From positions 39,167-103,166 of the forward strand of contig JAFXYP010000065.1 of assembly GCA_017541665.1 (NCBI GenBank): a stretch of DNA of 64,000 nt. The letters are read 5' to 3'. Each line of letters opens with the position of its first letter. Positions within the stretch are counted from its first letter, which is position 1. The notes under the pieces were generated by a model. The model saw only the letters and a program-made list of their open reading frames with translations. It was not told the DNA's origin and searched no databases. Positions 34,833-44,300 of the stretch are shown one piece after another. The DNA comes from Lentisphaeria bacterium. GTDB taxonomy: Bacteria > Verrucomicrobiota > Lentisphaeria > Victivallales > UBA1829. The position numbers and the translations under genes were made by a program.

Positions 34833-36629
34833 TCAGCGGTCGGAATCGAGGAGGAACTGGTGGTAGCCCCAGGTGTTCCATCCGCCCGCGCCTTCGAGGT
34901 CGGACGAGATCTTTTCCGCGGACTTGGCGGCCTCTTCGGGCATGGCGTCCTCGGGACGGACCGGGATGACCTCGGCGACCACGAGGAGCTGCGAATGCTT
35001 GGTGGATTCGCTTTCGGTGGAGAAGACCCAGCCGAGGATCGGGAGGTCCTTCAGGATCGGGATGCCGCCGGACACGCTGACCACGTCGCGCTTCTCGATC
35101 CCGCCGATGACGAGCTTGGTGCCGTCGTTGGAGATCATGAAGTCGGACGAGACTTCCGCGCCCTGCTGGATGCGGGGATTGCCGTCGGAAGTGTAGCCGA
35201 TGAGCGAGCTGTTGGAAACGTTCACGCTGAGCATGGTGGCCTTTTCGGAGACCGAGGGAGTCAGGCTCAGCCTGAAGCCGAACTCGTCGGAGCCGTCGGT
35301 CGTCACGATATTGCCCTTGTATGCCGGGATGTTGTTGCTCTCGAATTCGATCTCGTCGCCGTTTTCATCGGTGACTTCGCAGAAGCGCGCGCCGATCTTG
35401 CGTCCGTACGACCGCCCGCCGGCAACGAACGTGCCGCCCTTCAGGCGCATGGAGTAGCGCTCGGCGGACGTGGCGGTCGCGCTGGAGAGATGCACGATGT
35501 CGAGCGTGACGGCGCCGGAGGCGGAGATTTCGATGGCCTTATTCTGCTTGGTGAAGGCGGCGAGGTTGAAATCGACGCCCGGGGTCACGTCTTCGAGGTG
35601 GATGTACTCTTCGATGTATTCCGGGTTTTCGATCTCGTCCTGATGCGCGAGGAAGACCTGGCTGGTGCGTTCGATCTCGGCGGTCGTATCGCTGCGGACC
35701 GCGAGCTCGCAGGTGTGCAGGACTTTCGCCTTGCCCTTGCTGGTGAGGAAGTCGATGTACTTGGTGTTCCACTTCGGATTGAAGTTGAAGTACTGCGTAT
35801 CGGACCAGCCTGCCCTGCGGATAAGCGAGGAACCGTCGGAGGCGAAGTTCTTCATGAAACGCCCGCCGGTGCTGAAGAGGTCGATGCCGTCGTTGTTCTT
35901 CCACGCCTGGAAGTCGAGGCCGAGCTTGGCGTCGTTTTCGGCGTAGAGTTCGTAGACGGTGATCTTCGCGCGGACTTCGGGATACGGACGGTCGTACTCC
36001 TTCAGCACGGACTCGATGTTCTTGCGGGAGAACTGGGTCGTGTCGAAGACGAGCAGGTTCAAAGCGTCATCGCAACGGATGAGGTCGGTGCCGCCGATGT
36101 TCTCGGTCTCGTCGTCGGCCACGTCGGCGCCCGCCGCCTCGATCATATCACGGAGCTCCTCAGCGGAACGGTACTTGGGCTGGTAGACGTAGACGGCGCC
36201 GCCGGTCGCAGAGATGACGCCGGGCTTGTCGAGCAGTTCGATGATGCTGTCGATGCCCTGCCCGTTCTCGGAATCCTCGAAGCGGTAGTCTTCGGCGGAG
36301 ACCATGACGATGCCGGTGCCGTCGTTGTACTTGATCGCCTGAATGCCGGTGTTGCTCTCGTCGATTCTGCGTGTCTGCACGATCTCGCGAAGGTAGCTGC
36401 GGATCTCGTAGGGATCGGCATGTTTCAGCACATAGGTCTTCGTGACCACGTCCGGATCGGCGTTATCCCTGATGAAATGGACCACATCGGTGTCCTCCTT
36501 GACCGTCACGTTCAGTTTCGCCTGGACGCGCGTATCGGCGTAATCCGCGGTGGGGTCGGCCGCATGGATGAGATTGATGGCGGAAACGGCACAGACAGCC
36601 GCCGCAGTGAATTTGGTAATCGTTTTCAT
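34833..36629 (-). CDS. secretin-family outer-membrane channel protein (paralogue 1)
   Basis: 598 aa with a signal peptide (MKTITKFTAAAVCAVSAINLIHA). It has N-domain-like repeats and a C-terminal secretin signature (VSGGIPILKDLPILGWVFSTESESTKHSQLLVVAEVIPV). Confidence 0.8.
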   Translation of the reverse strand: MKTITKFTAAAVCAVSAINLIHAADPTADYADTRVQAKLNVTVKEDTDVVHFIRDNADPDVVTKTYVLKHADPYEIRSYLREIVQTRRIDESNTGIQAIKYNDGTGIVMVSAEDYRFEDSENGQGIDSIIELLDKPGVISATGGAVYVYQPKYRSAEELRDMIEAAGADVADDETENIGGTDLIRCDDALNLLVFDTTQFSRKNIESVLKEYDRPYPEVRAKITVYELYAENDAKLGLDFQAWKNNDGIDLFSTGGRFMKNFASDGSSLIRRAGWSDTQYFNFNPKWNTKYIDFLTSKGKAKVLHTCELAVRSDTTAEIERTSQVFLAHQDEIENPEYIEEYIHLEDVTPGVDFNLAAFTKQNKAIEISASGAVTLDIVHLSSATATSAERYSMRLKGGTFVAGGRSYGRKIGARFCEVTDENGDEIEFESNNIPAYKGNIVTTDGSDEFGFRLSLTPSVSEKATMLSVNVSNSSLIGYTSDGNPRIQQGAEVSSDFMISNDGTKLVIGGIEKRDVVSVSGGIPILKDLPILGWVFSTESESTKHSQLLVVAEVIPVRPEDAMPEEAAKSAEKISSDLEGAGGWNTWGYHQFLLDSDR

Positions 36630-36658
36630 GGTATCAGAATATCCTTATCGGCTGGTTG

Positions 36659-38068
36659 TCATTTCTTCGCGAGTTCATCGAATTCGGACATCACGCCGGG
36701 CTCGACGAATTCATTGATCTTGACCGGCACGGCACGCGCGGTCACGAAATAATGCACGGTCTCGGCGTTCGAGGTGGTCGTGCCGAAGATGTACTTCAGA
36801 ACCGGCAGTTCGCAGAGGAACGGGATGCCGATGGTCTGTTCCACGTCGGTCTTGCGGTCCCAGCAGGCGAGGAGTTTTTCCTGGCCGAACGGGAGCGCGA
36901 TGGATCCGGTGACGGTCGTGCCTTCGGAGATCTCCGCGCCCATGTTGTTGCGCTCGACCACATTCGAGCCGGCGAGCTCGTAATCGAACGTCACGCCGCC
37001 ATTCTCGCTCGTGCCCGCGATAGTGGCCTCGGAGATGTTCATCTCAAGCGTGGCGTCGCCTCCGATGTCCACGCTGGAGCGGTGGTCTTCATCCTTCAGG
37101 ATGTTCTGGTATTCGGGCGAGAAGCTGGCCTTGAACTCGGCATCCGGGTTGTTGGAGACCGTGACGCCGGCGGTGCTGTTGATGGTCGCGCGGCCGTTCT
37201 GCTGAAGCAGGCGGATGAAGCTGAAATCGAACGCGGGGGCAGTGTAGAATCCGCCGAATCCGTAGGTGAACGTGCCGAAGAGGTCTGCGCCGGTCTGGGT
37301 AAGGCCGGTGACGATCGTCTCGGCGGCCTTCATGCTCAGCACGTCGTAGGCGGCATTGAAGAGGTTGAGGCCGGGGCCGTTCTTCCACGCCAGGTAGTCC
37401 ACGCCGACGTCGATCAGGTCGCTGTCGCGCACTTCATAGATCTTCAGTTCGATGCTGGTCTGCGGGATCTCCTTGTCCAGCCATTCGAGCTTCGCCTTAA
37501 TATCCGCCACGCGTGCCGGAGTGTCTTTGAAATAGAACATGCCGGTCTTCGGGTCCAGCCTCACGGTGGAGTCCAGCGGACCGCTGGAGATGCCGGTCTC
37601 CTCGATCACTTCGACCATGCTTTCGGCGGAACGGAACTGCGGCTTGTAGGTGCCATAGGCAATGCCGGTGCCGGAGATGATCGTGTCATAGTCGTTCATC
37701 TTGCCGGGCCGGTCAAGCGCTTCGACCATTTCATCGATGTAGGGCATCATGGGGACCGTGGTCGTCACGATCATGATCTGCCGGTTGTTCGCCTTGTCCT
37801 CCATGCAGGACACGCTGGAGTTCTCGTCGAACCGGATCGCGGCGCTCTTTACGAACGGAGCCAGATCGACGGCCTTCGTGTGTTCCAGCACATACGTCTT
37901 GCTGACCATGAGCTTCTGCGCATCGTCCTGCACGAACGTAATGGTCTGCACTTTTTCGTCGGCTTCGATTTCCGCGGTGGTTTCTTCCTCGGGATTCTCC
38001 GCGAATGCGGGGAACAGGACGCCTGCCGCGAGCAGCGCGATCAGGCCGTTTTTTACCTTGGGATTCAT
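36659..38068 (-). CDS. secretin-family outer-membrane channel protein (paralogue 2)
   Basis: Uses internal ATG 38068 (MNPKVKNGLIALLAAGVLFPAFA, a signal peptide), preceded by AAGGAGA, giving 469 aa. It is collinear with paralogue 1 (YKPQFRSAESMVEVIEETG vs YQPKYRSAEELRDMIEAAG; DYLAWKNGPGLNLF vs DFQAWKNNDGIDLF). The C-terminus reads IGIPFLCELPVLKYIFGTTTSNAETVHYFVTARAVPV. The 188 upstream codons of the track ORF look non-coding. Confidence 0.75.
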   Translation of the reverse strand: MNPKVKNGLIALLAAGVLFPAFAENPEEETTAEIEADEKVQTITFVQDDAQKLMVSKTYVLEHTKAVDLAPFVKSAAIRFDENSSVSCMEDKANNRQIMIVTTTVPMMPYIDEMVEALDRPGKMNDYDTIISGTGIAYGTYKPQFRSAESMVEVIEETGISSGPLDSTVRLDPKTGMFYFKDTPARVADIKAKLEWLDKEIPQTSIELKIYEVRDSDLIDVGVDYLAWKNGPGLNLFNAAYDVLSMKAAETIVTGLTQTGADLFGTFTYGFGGFYTAPAFDFSFIRLLQQNGRATINSTAGVTVSNNPDAEFKASFSPEYQNILKDEDHRSSVDIGGDATLEMNISEATIAGTSENGGVTFDYELAGSNVVERNNMGAEISEGTTVTGSIALPFGQEKLLACWDRKTDVEQTIGIPFLCELPVLKYIFGTTTSNAETVHYFVTARAVPVKINEFVEPGVMSEFDELAKK

Positions 38069-38735
38069 TTTGGGGGGATCTCCTTTGGTTTTGGTTGTTT
38101 TTTGCGGGTTGGAATCAGGTTGTTGTTTGTTCGGTTGGTATGTTATTAGGTTAAGACAAGTCATTTCGTCGGTCGGCGCGGCAGGCAGAAAAACGGACGG
38201 AGGCGGAACCGGAGTTCCGGCCCGACACGCGCACGGCGAAACGCCGCCGCCCGCCTTGAGCAAATCCCATGCCAACTGCCATCCGAGGTTCCCGGCACAA
38301 GGTGCGCGTCCGAAAAGCGTAAAGCATGCGGAAGTTTTTTTCACACAGTGAAAACGCGAACGGATACAGTCCACGCCGGCACATCCCTTTTGTCTCCCCG
38401 GCGCAGCTCCCTGCCGCGTCCCGTTTTTTTCCAAACATATATCATTATTTCTCCCGCGCGACTTCATGCCGCGCCCGTCCGTTTTTCCCGTTGCGTTCCG
38501 GGATACCCCGTACAGCTTCATGCCGTAACGCGAAATTTCCGGGTAGTTAGGTTTACCTAACTTTAATGATTTCTGCCGCCCTCCATCCGATTCTGTTTCT
38601 TCGAAGGACGGATGGCGGTTTTTATCCGGCAATTATACTATAGCACACTTTTTCGCCTTGTCAATAAGCCTTGACTAAGTTTTTTGAGAAAAAACAAAAA
38701 ACAGCCCGATTTTTTAGGAATCTGTCACACCCCGC

Positions 38736-38764
38736 TTGACATCCGCCGCAGTCCGTGGTAGATT
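38736..38764 (+). promoter_or_regulatory. candidate sigma70-type promoter (TTGACA-N17-TAGATT) for the ABC exporter
   Basis: Perfect -35 TTGACA at 38736-38741, a 17-nt spacer and TAGATT at 38759-38764, about 77 nt upstream of ATG 38841. Confidence 0.4.
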
Positions 38765-38840
38765 ATGTTCGTCCGTGCCGGATTCGCCGGTTTTGACCGA
38801 CGTTTCCCACTGTACGCAATCACCTCAAAACCGCCACGCC

Positions 38841-40556
38841 ATGAATTCGTCCGCATCCGACCAAAGCAGCCCGTCGCCGGGGACCGTCCCGCGAGAATCG
38901 TCCGTTCCGGCATTCGGAGCGTTCGTACGCTTTTTCCTGCGCGCGATCCGACCGTGGCGCTGGGCATACGCGGGCATTTTGGCCGGGGTCCTGTTCGTGA
39001 CCGCCGCCGGGTATGTGCTTCCGATCCTTCAGAAGCGCCTCATCAACGCCATTACGACGCGTGAAGCGGACGGCATCTGGTTTCTCTTCTGCGCCACGGG
39101 CGTGCTGATGCTGCTCGTGCGTGCCGAGGCAATCCTGCGGCAGCGCGTCGTGAACTCCACCGTGCACAAGGTCATGTTCCGCCTGAAGACGCGCATCGCG
39201 AACCGCCTGCTCGACATGCCGCCGGGGCTGCTCGCCCGGCTCGGCGGCGGCTACCTCTCCGACCGCCTCAACAACGATGTCTCCCAGCTCCAGATCTTCT
39301 TTTCCAACACGCTGTTCAACATCCTCGCGAACGTGCTGAAAGTGGCTGGCGGTCTCGTCTTTCTCCTCGTGCTCAGCCCGCGGACCGGGCTCGCCGTGCT
39401 CGTGGTGTTCCCCTGCTATGCGCTATTGCTGTACCGGTTTCGCGGCCGCCACTACGCCGTCTCCCGCGAAATCAGCGAACTCCATGCGCGCAACCGCCGG
39501 ATGCTCGCCTCCTCGCTCGGCAGCATCGACCTGGTGAAGTCGAACGCTGCGGAGGAACGCGTCGGCGGGACCATCCGCACCGGTTTCGCCCGCGAAACGC
39601 TCTTCCGGCTTCAGGCGGTCAGGCTGTCCAACTCTTTCCTCTTCCTCACCGGGCTCATCCCGCTCTTCTGCCAGGGCGTCCTGGCGGCAATCGGCATCCA
39701 CCTCGTGCTGAAGAGACAATGGACGCCCGGCGCACTCTGGGCGCTGAACTGCTACCTCATGAACGTCTTCCGGCCCGCGGGCCAGCTCTGCAGCACATTC
39801 CCGCCCGCCCAGTCCGCGCTCGCCTCGGCCGCCCGCCTCCTCGAGCTCAGGAACCTTACACGCGAACCCCGCCTGGACTCCGGGCTGGACGGCTTCGAAC
39901 TCCATGGCGCGGTCGAACTCCGCGAAATCACGTTCGCCTACCATCCCGGACACATCGTGCTGGACTGCGTCAGCCTCTCGCTCGAACCCGGCGCAAAGCT
40001 CCTGGTCACCGGTCCCTCCGGCTCCGGCAAAAGCACCCTCTTCGCCCTCCTCCTCGGCTTCTACAAGCCCGTTTCCGGCACGATCCTCTTCGACGGACAT
40101 CCCGTCGACGACTACAATATCCGCGCGCTCCGCCGCCAGATCGGTTACCTCGGCCCCTTCCCCGACTTCATCCCCTCCCAGCTCCGCACCAACCTCACGC
40201 TCGGATGCGCCGGCACGCCGTCCGACGACGCCATCTACGACGCGCTCGCAGCCGCCGGAGCAGACGACGTCGTCCGGGCGCTCCCGCATCGCCTCGACAC
40301 CGTGCTTACCGAATCCGTCCGCAATTTCTCCGCCGGCGAACGGCTCCGCTTCGCCCTTGCGCGCGAAATCCTCCGCGACACCCGGATCCTCCTCGTCGAC
40401 GAAGCCACAGCACACCTCGACGCGGACAACGAGACGCGGTTCCTGGAGACCGTCCTCCGCGTCTTCCAAACACGCACCGTGCTCATGATCCGCCACACGC
40501 CGCACCCGCTCACGGACGGCTCCCCCGTGCTCAGGATCGACGCAGCCCGCTCCTGA
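38841..40556 (+). CDS. ABC exporter, fused TMD-NBD half-transporter (MsbA/McjD-size class)
   Basis: ATG 38841 is preferred because the TTG at 38736 coincides with the -35 box, giving 571 aa. The N-terminal half has six hydrophobic helices. Walker A is GPSGSGKST, Walker B is ILLVDEATAHLD and the H-loop is MIRHT. The signature motif is atypical: FSAGERLRFALAR instead of LSGGQ. There is no C39 peptidase domain. Confidence 0.9.
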   Translation: MNSSASDQSSPSPGTVPRESSVPAFGAFVRFFLRAIRPWRWAYAGILAGVLFVTAAGYVLPILQKRLINAITTREADGIWFLFCATGVLMLLVRAEAILRQRVVNSTVHKVMFRLKTRIANRLLDMPPGLLARLGGGYLSDRLNNDVSQLQIFFSNTLFNILANVLKVAGGLVFLLVLSPRTGLAVLVVFPCYALLLYRFRGRHYAVSREISELHARNRRMLASSLGSIDLVKSNAAEERVGGTIRTGFARETLFRLQAVRLSNSFLFLTGLIPLFCQGVLAAIGIHLVLKRQWTPGALWALNCYLMNVFRPAGQLCSTFPPAQSALASAARLLELRNLTREPRLDSGLDGFELHGAVELREITFAYHPGHIVLDCVSLSLEPGAKLLVTGPSGSGKSTLFALLLGFYKPVSGTILFDGHPVDDYNIRALRRQIGYLGPFPDFIPSQLRTNLTLGCAGTPSDDAIYDALAAAGADDVVRALPHRLDTVLTESVRNFSAGERLRFALAREILRDTRILLVDEATAHLDADNETRFLETVLRVFQTRTVLMIRHTPHPLTDGSPVLRIDAARS

Positions 40557-41203
40557 TAAGCACGTATTTCGCATCCGTCTCCTGCCGGAGATCGGCAAGG
40601 CCCGCAGCGTCATGCCCCTGAGAACCGGCCCGCAAGAAAAAAAGCCGGTACGGGATGGTACGCATCAATCCCAAACAGGAAAGGATGGGTTCTTAAACGC
40701 TCCTGTTTTTATATCATAGATTGCTTTATTTCGTCGTATTTATGATGGATTATGCAAAAAAAAAGAGACTATCCCTTCATAAGACACCGACGCGAAAAAA
40801 ACGGAAAAGAGCCATCGTCCTTATCCATTTCCCTTGTTCGTTTCAGATGAAGCAGATACAATGATTCTGCGAGTCTCGAACTGATGCATGTCATGACCGA
40901 CAAAAAACAGGACGATTCGTAAAACGGACAGTTTTGAAAGATCGGCTCGATGACAGGATGCCGTCTCGACTTATCTCCGGTTACGAAAGGGTATCCCGGC
41001 TCGTTTTTTTACCAAGTTTGATTTCTTTTCTTGTCTGTTTCGTGCTTCCGTTTGCGTTATGTTTTTCTTCTTTTGTGCAAAACGGATCGAAAAAGCCGCT
41101 TCCGCTTTTGTAATAATCTATTTTGCATGCGCTTACATTCATTGCTCGGTTTTCTGCCTTGTTTAATAAGCAAAAAAGTCCGATTTTTTTTGCGCTATTT
41201 AAC

Positions 41204-41232
41204 TTGTATTTCGTAAAGACCGGCAGTATATT
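41204..41232 (+). promoter_or_regulatory. candidate sigma70-type promoter (TTGTAT-N17-TATATT) for the giant gene
   Basis: Hexamers at 41204-41209 and 41227-41232 within the 750-bp AT-rich intergenic region. AAGGAGA lies about 10 nt before ATG 41310. Confidence 0.4.
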
Positions 41233-41309
41233 CTTGATATTATTGAATAAAATTAATTTGGCGTATGGTATGCTTTTCTGCGTCGCCCTAACAAGGAGAA
41301 AAAGCGAAA

Positions 41310-44300
41310 ATGCCCAGCGAACCCGCAAAAATCATTTTTGTGAACGCGAACTGGAACAAGAACGATCCGGCGAAGATAAACGAGTACTCGTTAAACGACC
41401 CCACCACGATAACCTGGGGCGGAGTAACGTACAATGTCACCCGCATCGATACTGCCAACAGCGGGGCAAAACCGGCCTACTTCACCGACGACTTGCAGGC
41501 CGCGATCAATTTCGCGAATCCGGAGGGCGGCGACACGATCGTTTTTTACAACGTAAACAGCTTCGCATCCGCCAATAACGGCACAACGATCTCCGACTTC
41601 AAGTTCTACCCACAGGGTGTCATTACGGTCGACAGAAGCGTGACTTTCTGCACCGGGTCCAAAACGAAGTCGAGCGATTCGTATTACGTGGAGAAAACGG
41701 TCAAGCTGGACGGTCTGGTCATTCGTCCCGGCGTCGAAGCCGAATTCCGGCATGGCATCTATTCGCTGGAGGACCAGCTGGACAACAGCGGCATCGTGGA
41801 TATCGGAGACAATACCCGTTTCAACGCGGACATGATCGACAACGAGAACGGCACCTTCCAGATCGACACGAGCTCCCGCCTCGTTGGCGCCGACATCGAA
41901 TCCGGGACGATTGAGCTCAAAACGCCGGGCGAAGGCATTTCGCTCGACACGGCCACGGGAGCGGTGCAGCACGACGAGGCCGTGACGCAGAACCTGAAAC
42001 TTGTCAACCAGATCCTGGAATCGCGGATCTCCGAGAACGTGGCTGTCAAGTTCAGGCATCCCGACGCCGACGGCTTGACGGAAGTCGTCGAGGATGTTCT
42101 GTTCAAGAACGGCGAATTCGAGGATGTCCATGTGGCGGTCAAAAAAGCTGAGGCCGGCGCTGCGCTTCCCCAATACCTCTACTGGGTCGGGACAGCCACT
42201 CCTCCCGACACCTATAACACCACGGATTATGACCTCAGGACTTATCATCTCAGCAGGGAATTCGGCTCCTTCTTCCTGGTCGACGACCAGTTCGACCTGA
42301 AGGAGACCTCGCCTTCCTCCGGCATCTATACGACCAGGACCGTCTACGTGGACCAGCGGTGGGTCGCGGGCAGCGCCACCGGCCCGACGGTCGATCTTGC
42401 CGTGCATTCCAACGAACTGAAGACCGGCATCGAGGATGTTACGGCGAGACTTTCCTATTCCACTTCCAACACCGGGGAGACACAGGTCTACAACTCGTTC
42501 CGGACCGCGTTCAACAGCGACTATGTAACCGCTCATGTCATCGACAGCCAGGACCAGGGCATGGTCATCCGGATCAAAGGCAATTCGGCCGATTCTGCCG
42601 AAGCGATGGTCTACTACGAAAACAGTTCGACTTTGAACGCCTCGGCAACCCTGTACAAGCAGGACATCCTGGTGGAACCGGACAAATACTGGGGCATCGA
42701 CGAGGAGACTGGCGAGGAGACATGGATCTACGACAAGGTCAGTTTGAACTTGGGTGGATACTCCGTCGCTTCGACTCCGAACCTGCTCACGTTCGCCCAT
42801 CTGGAAAGCATGACGATCAAGACCTGGATCATAGGCGGCGCCTCGGGCGAGAACGGCGTCGTGAACTTCGTCGACATCGACGACATGAAGATCATAGATC
42901 CTGCGGCGACTTCCGGCAATGCGGCGAGATTGAAGATCCAGGGCGGCGCCACAGGGCGCATCGTCAATACAAACCTCACCGTCGGCGGAAGCCAGGACTT
43001 TTACGGGCATCTCTCCATCACCGGCGGCACGCTCATCCTCGAAAACTCCACCGTGACCTTTGACACCAAGGGCTCCGACAACGGCGTGCTTTCCACGGAG
43101 AACAACGCCCTGGGATCCGGCTCGGTGATCGTCCGCAATTCCAAATTCATCGTCAAGAACAGCGACGTCGGCATCAGGGCCACCTCGGTCAACCTGAAGA
43201 TCAACTCCGAATTCATCATTTCCGGCGAATGCACGGTGAACGGCGTTTTTCACGAACCTGGCGGACGACAGCGCCACACGGATCACGTTCCAGGATGCCG
43301 TCCTCGGCGCCGACACGCTCATTCAGAAGAGCACCGCTACCAACCGCGGCGCACGGCTTCATTTCGAGGGAAACAACACCCTGAACGGTTCGACCGTGGA
43401 ACAGGGCGGCACGCGCGGCCTGCTCGTGGAAGCGGACGCCACGCTGGACCTGAACGGAGCCTCCGTGTCCGTGTCCGGCGGCACCGCCGTCAACAACGGC
43501 ATCGTCACCCTGACAGACTCCTCCGTTTCCGCAAAGGAATTCCAGAACGCGGCCCACTCCTCGCTCACCGTGGATGCCGGGTCCACGATCCAAACGAACA
43601 AACTGGTCAACTCCGATGACGCCACGATCACGCTGGAACTCGATTCCCTCGGCCACGTCCCGGTGACGAGGCTTTCCGGATCGGGGGCCGTCGACGTCGT
43701 TAACAACGGCACGATCGTCCTGGACGCCAGCTCCATGGACTACTCCCCCACCCCGGTCGTCGTCATGAACCTCTCCGGGAACGGCGATGTCATCCTCAAG
43801 TCGAATGTCGGCGGCAACAGCGTTGATGTTGCCAACGGAACCGTTTCCATTTCCATGGGCGAACCGGACCGCACCGTGCTGTATGTCGACGGCGACTGGA
43901 GCGATTCCACGCTCTATCCGAAATGCAAGAACGTCGGGCCGTTCACCTACATCGGATACAATGCGTTCTACAACAATCCCGACGGCGAAGACATCAGGAC
44001 TCTGTCTTTCAGTGCGAAATCCCCGACTTCGGAGATCGTTTTTTACGCCAACGGGGACGGGCGCTATGAATCTCTGGACCTCGGGTCTTTGGACAATGCC
44101 CCGTTAGGCGGACTCACGATCACGACGCGCGGCAAGATCAACAAGACTTCGCCGCAGGTCTCCATGAAGGCGCTGACCGTCGGGAACGACACGGCCGGGT
44201 CCGAACGCCCCCAGGGAGTTACGCTTTCCGGCGCGGCGATGGACTTTCAGGACGACGGCGGCACGAAATCCATCACGGTTTCGGCGCACGGCACGCTGAT

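Noticed and set aside
38069-38632. 188-codon N-terminal extension of the second secretin ORF (track start 38632).
   Set aside because: The extension has no protein-like composition. The internal ATG 38068 has an AAGGAGA SD and is followed directly by a signal peptide, matching the paralogue.
40981-41328. 115-aa reverse ORF, and + ORFs 41031-41216 and 41123-41578, in the AT-rich gap.
   Set aside because: They are Lys/Phe/Leu/Ile-rich composition artefacts of AT-rich DNA. They overlap the promoter, SD and start of the giant gene and have no motifs.
43396-43398. ATG 43396 as the true start of an independent 4,235-aa gene.
   Set aside because: The frame is open and clearly protein-like for 52 codons upstream, from 43240. 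No SD precedes 43396. The upstream ORF loses coding character exactly where this frame gains it.
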